This document shows positions 9,498 through 21,257 of a stretch of 64,000 nucleotides of DNA, one piece after another. This DNA comes from an uncultured delta proteobacterium (GTDB taxonomy: Bacteria > Desulfobacterota > Syntrophobacteria > BM002), in contig CAVQGX010000032.1 of the NCBI GenBank assembly GCA_963712115.1, positions 1 through 64,000 on the forward strand, written 5' to 3'. The notes under the pieces were generated by a model, which made no database searches, was not told the origin of the DNA, and saw only the letters and a program-made list of their open reading frames with translations. Within the stretch, counting starts at the first letter, position 1. The number at the start of each line of letters is the position of its first letter. The translations under genes were made by a program, and so were the position numbers.

Positions 9498-10306
9498 ACG
9501 ACCTTTTTAGCTTAGAGGGTGAGATTGCTGTCGTTACTGGTGGTTTGGGCAAGTTAGGCCCCATCTGGATAGAAACACTGCTTGATGCCGGGGCCACTGT
9601 TTTCGTCCTCGATCGGCCTGGTCAAAAAATCAGTGAACAATTCGGTGAGATACAAAGACGCTTTCAAGACAACCGTCTTAGACTGGCCTACACCGACGTC
9701 AGGGACCGCTTAGCCTTAGAGACGGTTTGTAAGGAATGTTTGGAAGTCTTCGGGGTACCTTCAATCCTCGTCAACAACGCTGGCATAGATCGGCCACCAG
9801 ACCAACCTCAAGAAGGATATCTTCTGGAAGATATCCCCCTGGCAGAAAACCGGGAGATCCTTGAAGTCAATACTCTGGGGCTGTTCCTGGTGACCCAAGT
9901 CTTTGGTAGCGAGATGGTGAAAGCAGGTCGGGGCTCCATTATTAATATCGGATCATTATACGCCAGCGTTTCACCAGATTCGCGATTTTATGATCACATC
10001 CAGAGCGACCCACCCTTTCTCAAGCCGCCGGCCTACGGCGCTTCCAAGGCCGCCGTAGTTAACCTCACCAAGTATCTGGCCACCCATTGGGCTCCTCATG
10101 GAGTCCGGGTCAATGCGCTGTCGCCGGGCGGGGTAATTGGCGACCAGGATGAAAAATTCAAGCGAAAATTTTGCACTCGGGTGCCGATGGGCAGAATGGC
10201 GACAGCGAAAGACCTTGGTGGGCCTCTCCTCTTCCTAGCCTCTAGGGCCTCATCCTACGTGACCGGAATCGAGCTTGTGGTGGATGGTGGCTTTACCGCC
10301 TGGTAG
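9494..10306 (+). CDS. Short-chain dehydrogenase/reductase
   Basis: VTGGLGKLG, LVNNAGI, YGASK, VNALSPGG, VDGGFTAW; overlaps the neuB stop. Confidence 0.9.
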   Translation: MNDLFSLEGEIAVVTGGLGKLGPIWIETLLDAGATVFVLDRPGQKISEQFGEIQRRFQDNRLRLAYTDVRDRLALETVCKECLEVFGVPSILVNNAGIDRPPDQPQEGYLLEDIPLAENREILEVNTLGLFLVTQVFGSEMVKAGRGSIINIGSLYASVSPDSRFYDHIQSDPPFLKPPAYGASKAAVVNLTKYLATHWAPHGVRVNALSPGGVIGDQDEKFKRKFCTRVPMGRMATAKDLGGPLLFLASRASSYVTGIELVVDGGFTAW

Positions 10307-10320
10307 CAACATTTGAAGAA

Positions 10321-11805
10321 ATGGGGACAAGCATGGATCAAGAAGTAATTCCTAAAACTATTCTTAACTGGATTGACGGCAAAGAGTGCGAAGCAAACAC
10401 TGGCGATACTTTTGGAAAGTTGTCTCCGGTTTCCGGCAGAGAACTCGGTCGGGTGGCACGCTCAAGGGTGGAGGACGTCCAAAAAGCCATTCAGGTAGCT
10501 CGAAGGGCTCAACCGGCCTGGGCAGATTCCACCCCCGTATATCGTGGAGACCTGCTTCATGACATAGCCCAGGCAATGCGTAAACATCAGGAAGAGATTG
10601 CCAGCATTGTTTCCTTAGAGACCGGAATGTCTTTCAAGCAAGCCTTGGGTGAGACCGGTGGTGCCATTGCTCAGGGGGAGTTCATGGCAGGTGAGGGTCG
10701 CCGGCTCTACGGTCGAACTACCACCAGTGGGGTGCCTAATAAGTATGCCATGGTGGTCCGACAACCCCTTGGGGTGGCAGGCCTTATCATTGCTGCTAAC
10801 ACACCCATCGCCAATGTAGCCTGGAAGGTTTTCCCCGCTTTAATATGCGGAAATGGAGCGGTTCTCAAGGCAGCGGAGGATACGCCTGCAACCGCCTGGA
10901 TTGTGGGCAGGATAGCCAAAGAGGTGGGGTTGCCGCCCGGTGTGCTCAATATCATCCAGGGATACGGCGAGGAAGCCGGTGCACCACTGGTGGCCAATCC
11001 CGAGGTGGATGTTATAAGTTTTACTGGCTCCACCGAGGTTGGTCGTCAGATTGCTGAAGTTGCCGGACGAAGATTGGCCAAAGTTTCATTGGAACTGGGC
11101 GGTAAGAATCCCTTGGTGGTCTGCGATGACGCCGATCTGCAGAACGCGGCCAACTGGGTACTGCTTTCGGCTTTTAGTAACGCTGGTCAGCGTTGTGCCT
11201 CCGGGAGTCGCATAATCATCTTTGACTCAGTTTACGATGAGTTCCGAGATATGCTTGTGGAACAAACCAATAAACTCAAAGTTGGTCCGGGAGATGACGA
11301 TGATTTTGGCCCGGTAATCAATGAGAGGCAACTCACCAATATGCTGTCAGCTGTGGAACGAGCCCTGGAAAAAGGTGCGGTGGTCCTCACTGGAGGTCAC
11401 AGGCTAACCGATGCTGCACACGCAGACGGTTTCTACATGGCGCCCACAATACTTGAAAAGGTTGACCCCAAGGATGAAATGTCCACCAAGGAAATCTTCG
11501 GTCCCATTACTTGCCTTTATCGAGTGAAAGATTTTGCCGAAGCCTTGAGTTTAGCTAACGACTCACCTTACGGCCTCACTGCTTGTATCCACACCCGGAG
11601 TATTCATCGAGCCGTTGAATTCACTCAGAAAATTCAAGCCGGAGTTGCCATGGTAAACGCCGGGACTTACGGCAGTGAACCCCACATGCCCTTTGGGGGA
11701 TTGAAACAATCGGGCAACGGTACCCGAGAACCCGGGACTGAGGCACTGGACGTCTACTCTGATTTGAAAGATATTTACATTAATATAGATACAGAAATGC
11801 TTTAA
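10321..11805 (+). CDS. Aldehyde dehydrogenase family protein
   Basis: SFTGSTEVG, LELGGKNP, NAGQRCASGS (catalytic Cys), EIFGP, PFGGLKQSG. Confidence 0.92.
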   Translation: MGTSMDQEVIPKTILNWIDGKECEANTGDTFGKLSPVSGRELGRVARSRVEDVQKAIQVARRAQPAWADSTPVYRGDLLHDIAQAMRKHQEEIASIVSLETGMSFKQALGETGGAIAQGEFMAGEGRRLYGRTTTSGVPNKYAMVVRQPLGVAGLIIAANTPIANVAWKVFPALICGNGAVLKAAEDTPATAWIVGRIAKEVGLPPGVLNIIQGYGEEAGAPLVANPEVDVISFTGSTEVGRQIAEVAGRRLAKVSLELGGKNPLVVCDDADLQNAANWVLLSAFSNAGQRCASGSRIIIFDSVYDEFRDMLVEQTNKLKVGPGDDDDFGPVINERQLTNMLSAVERALEKGAVVLTGGHRLTDAAHADGFYMAPTILEKVDPKDEMSTKEIFGPITCLYRVKDFAEALSLANDSPYGLTACIHTRSIHRAVEFTQKIQAGVAMVNAGTYGSEPHMPFGGLKQSGNGTREPGTEALDVYSDLKDIYINIDTEML

Positions 11806-11816
11806 CCCTTAGCGGA

Positions 11817-11853
11817 TATTGGAGTGTTGGAGTACTGGAGTATTGGAGTGATG
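11817..11853. repeat. 8-bp tandem repeat (TRYTGGAG x4.5)
   Basis: TATTGGAG TGTTGGAG TACTGGAG TATTGGAG TGATG between the ALDH gene and neuA. Confidence 0.8.
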
Positions 11854-11861
11854 CTCATAAA

Positions 11862-12617
11862 ATGACTGATAAACAACCCAGCATTGCCGCCCTGATCCCC
11901 GCTCGAGCAGGTTCCAAGCGCGTACCCGATAAGAATATTCGGGCTTTGGCTGGTCATCCATTAATTGCCTACACCATCTCAGCCGCCTTGCAGAGCGAGG
12001 TTTTCTCTGCGGTCTTAGTTTCAACGGATTCGCAGTTATACGCAGATTTAGCAAAGTATTATGGCGCTGAAGTGCCTTACCTGCGTCCTCCAGAGCTCGC
12101 CGGAGATCTCTCCCCAGATATCGAATGGCTGGAATACACCCTGGAAAGACTTCGACAGGATGGCCGGGAATATGACTGTTTCAGCATCCTTCGACCTACC
12201 AGCCCCTTTCGTCTTCCTGAAACAATCCAACGGGCCTGGCGTGCCTTCAAGAAAGAAGAAGGCGTCGATTCTCTTCGGGCGGTGGAGAAGTGCAAGCAGC
12301 ACCCCGGCAAGATGTGGGTGGTGCGAGGTAATCGAATGGCGCCTCTCCTGCCGTTGACCCCTTCCGAGCAGCCATGGCATAGCAGCCAATACCAGTCATT
12401 GCCAGAAGTATACGCCCAGAACGCCAGCCTGGAGATTGCCTGGACGCGGGTTGTCTTTGAGGGAAGAACCATAGCAGGAAATGTGTTGATGCCTTTTTTT
12501 ACAGAGGACTACGAAGGATTTGACCTAAACAGTGCTTACGACTGGAATCTGGCTGAACACTTGGTAGACAGTGGCCAAGCTCGATTGCCCTCTGTTTCTC
12601 AACCCCCATGGCAGTAA
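11862..12617 (+). CDS. neuA: Acylneuraminate cytidylyltransferase (CMP-ulosonate synthetase)
   Basis: ALIPARAGSKRVPDKNIR, VSTDS, LRPTSPFR motifs. Confidence 0.88.
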   Translation: MTDKQPSIAALIPARAGSKRVPDKNIRALAGHPLIAYTISAALQSEVFSAVLVSTDSQLYADLAKYYGAEVPYLRPPELAGDLSPDIEWLEYTLERLRQDGREYDCFSILRPTSPFRLPETIQRAWRAFKKEEGVDSLRAVEKCKQHPGKMWVVRGNRMAPLLPLTPSEQPWHSSQYQSLPEVYAQNASLEIAWTRVVFEGRTIAGNVLMPFFTEDYEGFDLNSAYDWNLAEHLVDSGQARLPSVSQPPWQ

Positions 12618-12640
12618 CTGGTTAAAGGTCTATGTAAGTA

Positions 12641-12697
12641 AACCACAAAGACCACTTACTTTTAATTTCCTTTGTGATCTTTGTGTCCTTTGTGGTT
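12641..12697. repeat. Short inverted-repeat element of the AACCACARAG family
   Basis: AACCACAAAGACCAC...CTTTGTGATCTTTGTGTCCTTTGTGGTT. Confidence 0.7.
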
Positions 12698-12728
12698 AAT
12701 ATCCCCTGTGACCATCTACATTTGAGGA

Positions 12729-14681
12729 GTGTTCATAGTAATGCTAGAGATCAAGCTCATTCCGCAAGAGGAATTTCACCGTATTGAAAAAGCTGATATT
12801 CCCAAATACAAAAAACTACCGCTCCTTGCCGACATGTGTAGGGCTAATGCTCTGGCCACGGTGAAAAGAGCAGGCTCAGGTCATCTTGGCTCAAGTTTCA
12901 GCTCACTGGATATCGTAACTTTTCTCTACCACTCTGAGATGAACACCGCCAAACTGGGCATAGACCACCCCGACCGGGATATTTATTTTTCCTCTAAGGG
13001 ACACGATGCTCCTGGGCACTACGCTGTCCTTTATTCCTTGGGGATTACTCCCAAAAGATAAGTTTATCAATTTGAGACGTCTTGGCGGCACCCATGGTCA
13101 CCCGGATCTCAATGTTCCTGGAATTGAGGCTAATTCGGGTTCCCTTGGCATGGGTATTTCTAAAGCCAAAGGAATGGCCGTGGCCAAGAAAATGAATGGC
13201 TGGGGCGGACGAGTGCTTGTAATGACCGGGGATGGGGAACTGCAGGAGGGTCAAATCTGGGAGTCTTTACAGACCGCAGCCCACCAGGAGGTCACTAATA
13301 TTCAAGTAATTGTTGATTTTAACAAGATACAGACAGACAAGACATTGAATGAGATTATCGATTTAGGTGATCTGGAAAAGAAATTCCGAGTATTCGGCTG
13401 GCACGTTGAGCGCTGCGACGGGCACGACTTTAGCCAGCTAGAAAAGGTCTTCCAAGATTTCAGCTTAATAACCGACAAGCCAAAGGTTGTAATAGCAGAC
13501 ACCATAAAAGGAAAAGGCATATCTTTCATGGAGGGACCCACCGCTCTGCGGAACGGCAAGGGGCTTTACAAATGGCATGCAGGCGCTCCCGACGATGATT
13601 CATTTTTAGCAGGTTACGACGAGCTAGTCGAGCGGATAAATGGCCGACTTGAGGATGTGGGTTTGGAGTCACTGCACACCGAGATTCTGGAGACAAGGGA
13701 TAAGCACAGGATTAAGACTCAAAGACACCGCCGAAAAAGTGGTGAACGCTTTCGGTGATGCCTTGGCGGAGCTGGGAGCCAAGAGAAAGGATATTGTGGT
13801 TCTGGATGCTGATCTATCCGCTGACTGTGGACTGCGCCCTTTCGAGAATGCTTTCCCCGAGCGCTTTATCGAGAATGGTATCGCGGAGCAGGACATGGTC
13901 TCCATGGCAGGAGGATTAGCACTCCAGGGTTTATTGCCCATAGTAAATTCCTTTGGTGTATTTCTGGCCTCTCGGGCAAATGAGCAAATCTATAACAATG
14001 CCACCGAAAACACCAAGATAATCTATGTGTGTCACTACGCGGGGCTTATTCCTGCAGGTCCCGGCAAATCACACCAGAGTTTGCGCGACATCTCGCTTGT
14101 TGGCGCCTTGCCAAATTGTGTAATTCTGGAGCCCTGCAACGGCAAGGAGACAGAATGTGCTCTAGAGTGGTGCGTCGAAGAAGCAGAAGTTAACTGTATG
14201 ATGCGCTTAGTAATTTCCCCTTCTCCACGGACAATAATTTTACCAGAGGACTATAACTTTACCTTCGGCAAAGGAACCGTATTGAAGGAGGGAAAAGATG
14301 CTGTGCTATTTGCTTATGGTCCGGTGATGTTGAATGAAGCCCTGACAGCCGCCGAAATGCTCTCTGAGCAGGACTTTTCCCTGAAAATCGTCAATTTACC
14401 GTGGTTGAATCGAATAGATGGAAAGTGGCTGGAAGAAACCATTGGAGACTTTCAAACAATTTTTGCTCTTAGACAATCATTCCGAATACGGAGGCCTCGG
14501 AGATCATCTACTGAACGCATTGATGTTGTCTGACAACTTACGCAACAAGAAGTTGGTCAAATTTGCAGTTGAAGAACACCCAGCTTGTGGCACCCCACCA
14601 GAAGCACTTGTTTACCACAGATTAGATGGCAAAAGTTTAGCTGATCGGGTCCTAAGAACAATGAGCGAGAAGAAAAATTAA
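12729..14681 (+). CDS. Transketolase (N- and C-terminal domains in one gene), split by three +1 frameshifts
   Basis: ORFs 12729-13061, 13006-13758, 13640-14533, 14418-14681 join collinearly: GSGHLGSS, SKGHDAP, SGSLGMG, GDGELQEG (TPP binding), GIAEQDMVS. Confidence 0.85.
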
Positions 14682-14728
14682 AATCCTCGGTCCCTCGCAT
14701 CCGTATCCCAATAAGCGTGTTTCATCTA

Positions 14729-15874
14729 TTAGAATGTGGCAGCTTGATTTAATACCATTTCATATTCATTACTTGTCAGTTTATCAATAATATTCAATTC
14801 TTCCTGGTTCAACGTCTTATACCTGGAAAGTGTACTCCTCATAATGCCATGTTGTCCTGTATCAAAACTGGTATCCGCTTTGATAGGATATCCATTGAAA
14901 GTTGGCGTCAACAGAATGTCATCGAACTCTATATCCAAAAAACTAGCCAAGTAACGCATTACTGCCTCTGTCTTGCTGATCAAATCTTCAAACCTGATAA
15001 CGCAGACTCTCTCTCCATATGTCTTTTTATTCCCTAACGTCGCCAGGGCGCTTTCCCTCCATTGACTTAATGCAATCTTCATATCACCGTATTTGTTCCT
15101 TTTAATATACTCGTTGTGCTTTAGAGCTGACGGAAACCAGTTCTTAGGATCTCTAATGATAGATATTAATCTCCCATCTGGATACACTCCAAAAAATGAC
15201 TGCATACTGCTCTTGTCCATCGCTAATCGTGCGGTAAAGGCCGTAATGTATTTCTTCTGGCCGTAACAATTTTGGTAATTCAACCAGGCACCGAAATAAG
15301 AAGTCATATATGCGTCGAACACATCGCGTTGTGTTATCGACTCAAGTAAATCAAAATACTTCAGAAAAATTTTTTTTTGTAGAGAGGGTAAAAAAATAAA
15401 GGGGAATGCCTCGTCTTGTCTTAGATATTTCCTATATCCTCCCTTAAAGTGTTCGATGATGTCATCCTCGAAAAGAGTAATAAACCACCACTCGGCATCA
15501 TCATTCAGATTTATTTTGGGCCATATATATTTCTTTGGCTTACCAATTTTCAACTCATACGGATGGGCATGGATTTCCGGATGGCGGTCGAAAAGTTGAG
15601 CGAGCAGTGTCCCCCCAGAACGCTGAATCTGGGAAATTAGTGCGAGCGGCGATATCACAGGAGTAAGATCCTGTAGACATACCTGAAACAAGTCTTTCAG
15701 ATTTGATTTACTCCCTTTGCATTCTCTGTTGAGCATTCTAGTGCGTGCCTTTGCCCTGCGATATTTCCTCCACTTTCTCTTGCTCCCCTTATCTACAAGG
15801 GACAACAATACGATTTTAACCAGTTCAGCTCTTGTAAGTGCACCTGACATTTTTTGATCAATCATTACACTCAA
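14729..15874 (-). CDS. Sulfotransferase family protein (type A, copy 1)
   Basis: SQIQRSGGTLL 5'-PSB loop, IIRDPKNW 3'-PB motif, IRFEDL. Confidence 0.8.
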   Translation of the reverse strand: MSVMIDQKMSGALTRAELVKIVLLSLVDKGSKRKWRKYRRAKARTRMLNRECKGSKSNLKDLFQVCLQDLTPVISPLALISQIQRSGGTLLAQLFDRHPEIHAHPYELKIGKPKKYIWPKINLNDDAEWWFITLFEDDIIEHFKGGYRKYLRQDEAFPFIFLPSLQKKIFLKYFDLLESITQRDVFDAYMTSYFGAWLNYQNCYGQKKYITAFTARLAMDKSSMQSFFGVYPDGRLISIIRDPKNWFPSALKHNEYIKRNKYGDMKIALSQWRESALATLGNKKTYGERVCVIRFEDLISKTEAVMRYLASFLDIEFDDILLTPTFNGYPIKADTSFDTGQHGIMRSTLSRYKTLNQEELNIIDKLTSNEYEMVLNQAATF

Positions 15875-16182
15875 CCCTTTTCTTTGTCCTTTTTCGCCTT
15901 AGTTTTCTTTCTATCTTGACAATAACCCTACAAGACTAGAGGTCTTGGTACCTTTATTGCCAGATCAGTTTCTGCCTCCAGGCGCACTCACTGAAAAGCA
16001 ATAAAAACTCCGCACAGAAGTCATCAACAGGAGAGTAAACTCTCCCTAAACAGACTGGCAGATAATTTTAACCCCTCAAAGTGGTAGTTGGCTACTCAGC
16101 CATTAACCTCGGTTACCAAAGCCAATAATGCTTACGATCCTAATGGGTTACAATTTATTAGCCCCTACTAGATTTCGCGCCT

Positions 16183-16211
16183 AACCTAACTTTTCGCCTC
16201 CATTTTGTCAA
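16183..16211 (-). promoter_or_regulatory. Sigma70-like promoter for the leftward sulfotransferase (copy 1)
   Basis: Minus strand TTGACA-N17-TAGGTT; near-identical copy at 23616-23644. Confidence 0.55.
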
Positions 16212-16313
16212 TGGTGACTTCTTATGCGAATTAGTGGGAATTGGCCCCACCTTTTTGCCTCACTCGCGGGCAGTAAAGATAGTATTGAGACCAAAACCGT
16301 TGGTAATGCATGC

Positions 16314-16343
16314 TTGACACCTAATCTTGGTTCAGGCTAGTAT
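16314..16343 (+). promoter_or_regulatory. Sigma70-like promoter for FkbM/paralog 2 (copy 1)
   Basis: TTGACA-N18-TAGTAT; near-identical copy at 23967-23996. Confidence 0.55.
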
Positions 16344-16437
16344 CGCTCTTGCTCTGAGTGTGAAATTAGTTAATGGCCTCTTCTCTGAGAAGAACCAAGC
16401 ACTGAAGCCGCCCGCTGTTACGCACTAATGGTTACAA

Positions 16438-17289
16438 ATGATGATTAAGTCAGACGGCAAAACATGGCCATGGCCAGCGAATCTCTATGTAAGACAAATA
16501 TTTAAGCTGTTCTTTCGTCTTCGAAAAAGTCTTATCAGAGATGTGGAGATTATTAATGGGTCCTCGCGCTACAGGTTCCAGTGTAAGAGTCTCCCTGAGT
16601 TTGCCCGGTGTATGAAGATGTTTATAAAGGAGCCAGGAACATGTGACTGGATCAAAAAAGAGTTAAGGCCTGGAGAAATTTTCTATGACGTGGGTGCAAA
16701 TATTGGGGTTTACACTGTCCTGGCTGCCGTGTGTACAGGTGAGAATGGCAGGGTGTTTGCCTTCGAACCCCACTGCCCTAGCTTTTCAAGATTGCTTGAT
16801 AATATTCGAGTGAATAATCTCGAGCAAATCGTCACACCCTGCAATTTTGCCCTCCACGATCAGCAAGGGTTTTTCCCTTTTAACTACTTTTCAGAAGAAG
16901 CCGCCACTTCACACAGCCAAATAGGCTCTGCCTCAAGCGATTCCAGGATCGAATTTAAACCAGAGGTTTCTGAATTGAAATACTCTGCCTCAATCGACAG
17001 CCTGATTGCCACCAAAGAATTTCCACCACCTCACCACATCAAAATAGATGTTGATGGAAACGAACTGAAAATTCTTCAAGGTATGAGTACTTTAATGAAA
17101 AGTCCTCAACGACCCAAATCCATACAGGTGGAAATTGATGAGCCTTATAAAGAAGACATCATGTCCTTCATGGCGATCCACAAATACGTTTTGTCTACCA
17201 AACACTACTCCCGTGCTCGACTTAAAAGCATTGCAGTAGGAGATGACCCAGAAAATCTCATGTTGAACGCAATTTTTAATCCAGAGTGA
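16438..17289 (+). CDS. FkbM-family SAM-dependent methyltransferase
   Basis: FYDVGANIG, VFAFEP, HIKIDVDGNE. Confidence 0.88.
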   Translation: MMIKSDGKTWPWPANLYVRQIFKLFFRLRKSLIRDVEIINGSSRYRFQCKSLPEFARCMKMFIKEPGTCDWIKKELRPGEIFYDVGANIGVYTVLAAVCTGENGRVFAFEPHCPSFSRLLDNIRVNNLEQIVTPCNFALHDQQGFFPFNYFSEEAATSHSQIGSASSDSRIEFKPEVSELKYSASIDSLIATKEFPPPHHIKIDVDGNELKILQGMSTLMKSPQRPKSIQVEIDEPYKEDIMSFMAIHKYVLSTKHYSRARLKSIAVGDDPENLMLNAIFNPE

Positions 17290-18710
17290 ACCGGAGGTCA
17301 GTAAAGAGCGGAATGGCTGAAACACTCTTGATTCCAGTGGAAAACCAGGTGCGTGAACTGGATGCCAGGCTCTTGCTTGCCTGCGTTGCGGCGAGGCGGG
17401 AGATCCCTTCCATAATCGGACCCAAGCGGGAGGTAGAATCTCGCATTGCATCTTTTCCGAGAAGCATATTCCTCTCCAAATCTCTTAAGGATAGGCAAAC
17501 GCAGATTTTTCCCGATTTCGCGAAAGCTTGGCCATGAAATAGTGGCTTGGGATGAAGAGGCGCTGGTCCACCTGCCGCCCGAGATTTACTTCTCCCGGCG
17601 ACTCTCTGCCGTAGGGATGGAGTATGTGTCCCATTTATTTGCCTGGGGTGAAGATAACGCCGAGTTGTGGCGTCAGTATCCCGAACTGCCTGACTGAAAT
17701 ACCAATTCATGTCACCGGCAATCCGCGTGGTGACCTGCTGCGGCCCGAAATACGAGTCTTCTACGAAAGGGATGCCGAAGAGATCCGCAACACGTACGGG
17801 GATTTCATCCTCATTAATACCAATTTCAATCATGTAAATGCTTTCTATCCAGCACAGAATTTGTTCCAGCCGGTTAAACAACCAGGTGAAGAAGCCAGAT
17901 TCGGCCAGGCAGCCAGGGGTATGACCCGTGAGTATGCCGAAGGGTTGCGGGATCATAAACAGGCCGTCTTTGAGGATTTCCAGCGCCTTATTCCTGACCT
18001 CGAGAAATCATTTCCAGATTACAACATTGTCGTGCGGCCTCATCCCACAGAAAATCAGGAGATCTATCGCAGTATTGCTGCCCGATGTCAGCGGGTGCAG
18101 GTAACCAATGAGGGCAACGTGGTCCCTTGGCTTATGGCCACCAGGGCGGTCATTCACAACGGCTGTACCACGGGGGTGGAAGCCTACGTCATGCGGGTTC
18201 CTGCCATTTCCTTCAGGGAAACGGTAAATGACTACTATGACTATGGTTTTTATCAATTACCCAACCGGCTGAGTCACCAGTGTTTCGATTTCGCTGAGTT
18301 GCGAGAAACACTTGGAAAAATTCTAGTAGGCGAAATAGGATCGGCAGGTGGAGACAAACGTGAAGCCCTAGTAAACCATCATCTAGCGGCACTAGACGGG
18401 CCACTTGCCTGTGAACGGATCGTCGATGTTTTGGCAAAGATGGTGGATGGCCTATCTCATGTGGCCTAAGCAACCTTTTCGGGATCGGCTGGAAGGTTGG
18501 CTTGAGGCAACGAAGAGACGTGTGGAACGAAGCTTTGCACCTTACCTTCCGGGCTCCCTAAAATCACCAGAGTTCCTGCGCCATCGCTATCCCGGCATTT
18601 CCCTAGAGGAGATGCGCGCCCGGGTAGCACGATTCCAGCAAGTGCTCGGCGACGACGGAGAACTTAAGGTCGACCAGATCGGTGGTAAGCTCTTTCAGAT
18701 CAGCGGCTGA
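17286..18710 (+). CDS. Surface carbohydrate biosynthesis protein paralog 2, split by three +1 frameshifts
   Basis: Pieces 17286-17537, 17446-17697, 17624-18469, 18405-18710 align end to end with 6727-8127. Confidence 0.75.
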
Positions 18711-18883
18711 CGGAAGAGCCACCAGTTCAGCACTGCTGTCTATCATAGGTTTGCATTCGATGGAGAAACTCCTATTGCCAACCAAGATATGGATGGAACA
18801 GCACTCGAGGTGCGACACTGAGGCGTATGGAGCAGTACGCTGCAGTTGATGCCTTGATGACATATCCGGGGGGACAATTCACC

Positions 18884-18912
18884 TTGACAGAGGTGCTACT
18901 TTATCCTATAGT
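18884..18912 (+). promoter_or_regulatory. Sigma70 promoter
   Basis: TTGACA-N17-TATAGT about 115 bp upstream of the ATG at 19028. Confidence 0.7.
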
Positions 18913-19027
18913 CGCCACCTCGAAAAGGAATTATCCATCGATGCCTACCGGCTGATCGATCTCGCCTTCGTTGCAGATCGAATCAAGCCGTTAAGATTTC
19001 ATCCTTTACTTGTTTTGGAGAATCAGC

Positions 19028-19898
19028 ATGAAAATCTTAATATTAGGGCGTGGAAAGACCGGAACCACAGCCATCTTGTTTAAAGTGGCCGGTGGACTCC
19101 CGAATTGCAAAGCTTTTTCCGGGGGCGATATCGGTAAACATTTGGGTGACTATGAAAACGCTGTCTACAAGCAGACCTACAGTGAACGCAAAGGTAGAAC
19201 CTTGGACGCTTACAGGGATCATGCGACTGAGATAGATTACGATCGCAAGATTTGGATGGCCCGCGATCCTCGAGATGCTGCAGTCAGTCGAATGCTCTTC
19301 AGATGGCACAAGGGCAACTGGGGACAGAGGAAGCAATACCAAAAACATCTTGAGCTGGTCCAGAAAAAGGAACAGGATCCCAGATCCATCCCCTTTCACG
19401 TCCTTTTCAGTTATATCGGCCAAGATAGCCGGCCCATGACTACAGATGAATTGGTAGAAATGGAAAGAGTGCGGTATCAGCAAATGAGCGATTTTGCTGA
19501 ATCCCTGACAAGCGACTGGTTCATTTTTAAATATGAAGACATGATCGAGAAAAACTACGACGGTTTGAATGAATATCTCGGATTCGAAATAAAGGATGAC
19601 GCTGAAATTCCGACGACGACCAAGAAGTCTAAGGTGGTTCGAAAGAAAGCTTACGGTGATTGGCGTCACTGGTATACGCGAGGAGGATGTGGATCTTTTC
19701 AAGCCTGCTTACTTGCCTTATATGAAGACTATGGGCTACGACTGCGACGATTGGGCTCTTAGTGCCAATCCGGTAATCGAGCCCGAATTCTCATCCATGT
19801 ACATGAAGGGACTGGTTCAAAAGCATAATCGGCATACCATCCGCAGTGTCAAGGATTTCGTGCTAAAGCCTTTTGTGAAATCTGAGCTGAATATATGA
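19028..19898 (+). CDS. Sulfotransferase domain protein (type B, copy 1), one frameshift
   Basis: GRGKTGTT PSB-like loop, ARDPRDAAVS, KYEDM, C-terminal RKKAYGDWRHW resembling the SULT RKG..GDW motif; pieces 19010-19762 and 19596-19898. Confidence 0.72.
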
Positions 19899-19932
19899 GA
19901 AAGGACTATTACCGACCTCAGTAGTAATACTT

Positions 19933-20934
19933 TCATTCAAATCTGACCACTTCCTTTAGCACCAGTGGATATGTTTCACTGGTCATCCTCTCAATGGTAT
20001 CTACTTCCTGCTCCGTTAATGTGTCTCTCCGTCGAGAGAAGACTATTCACAGTACCATGATCTTTCTACTTTGAAGCTCGTATTTGCTTTTATCGGAAAT
20101 TTATTGAAGGTCGGTACCAATAGAATATCATCAAATTCAATGCCGAGAAATTCTGCCAAATAACGCATAACTGCTTCAGTTTTGCTGACCAAATCTTCAA
20201 ACTTGATAAGGCAAACACGATCACCGTATCTCTCTTTGTTCCAGAGCATCGCTTGAGCGCTCTCATTCCATTCACTCACTGCCTGCCCAACATCTGTATA
20301 CCTTCCGGGCCAGCGTTTTTTGGCAGATGGAAACCAGCTCTTGGGGTCCCTTACAACAGAAATAAGTCGGCCGTCTGGATAGATCTCAAAAAAAGATTCC
20401 ATATTCTCCTTTATCATCCCTAGTCTCGGCGTATAAGCTGTAATGAACTTCTTTGAGCCGTAATAGTTTTGGTTGTTTAGCCAGGCGCCAAAATAAGAGG
20501 TCATGTATGCGTCGAATATATCGCGCATTGTTATCGATTGAACTGAATCAATATAGTTCAGAAAAATTTCCCTTTGCAGAGAAGAAATAAAAACGAAGGG
20601 AAAAGTTTCTTTGTCCTCTTTCTCCTTTTTGTACCCTTCTCTATTGTATTCACTGACTATATCTTCAAAAAGAATTTCAAACCATTGTCTCAGGACGATC
20701 ATTGAGATCTATTCTCGGCCAGATGCACTTTTCAGGGTATCCAATCATTAACTCGTGAGGATGAACATGAAGCTCAGGATGTCCATCAAAGAGCTGGCTC
20801 AGAAGTGTTCCCCCAGAGCCTTGAATCTGAGCGATCAATGCCAGGGGAGAAGTCACAGGTAAAACATGCTCTGAGCATATGCGAGAGAGGTCTTGAAGAT
20901 TTAATTTACTTTCATTAGCTTCCTTTCTGAACAT
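19933..20934 (-). CDS. Sulfotransferase family protein (type A, copy 2), frameshifted; start uncertain
   Basis: Pieces 20677-20934 (QIQGSGGTLL) and 20043-20702 (VRDPKSW, KFEDL), tail continuing to a TGA at 19933; paralog of 14729 and 22568. Confidence 0.72.
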
Positions 20935-21257
20935 CCATATTTTGTATCTGATCTTGACGTATTTACCTATAAAATAGCTTATGATTCTTTCACTAAGTCT
21001 TTGGCTTTATATCTTTTTCCTTTTCCCGGTGTCGAGAATTCACCCCAACGGTCCTTTTATTCGTTCCTGTCTCAGACTGACTTGCGTCGAGTTTCACGGC
21101 TCCATCAGTGCATTTTCAGCCTCAGAATGCATGGAATCTTACTATACTGCGTCACTGATTTGCTCATAGGCTTAGTCAGAGTTATCATCTTGTCTGCACT
21201 ACTGAGCTTATGGTGACATCAGGACAAGTCATTCACGGTCGGAATCCATGCGTCCTT

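Noticed and set aside
11817-11853. Periodic 7-9 bp repeats as possible CRISPR arrays
   Set aside because: The units are too short, there are no unique spacers, and no cas genes are present
12729-14681. Programmed frameshifting or phase variation in transketolase and the paralogs
   Set aside because: Several shifts occur per gene at short, non-conserved runs that differ between paralogs, with no long SSRs or slippery site plus structure; sequencing error is more parsimonious
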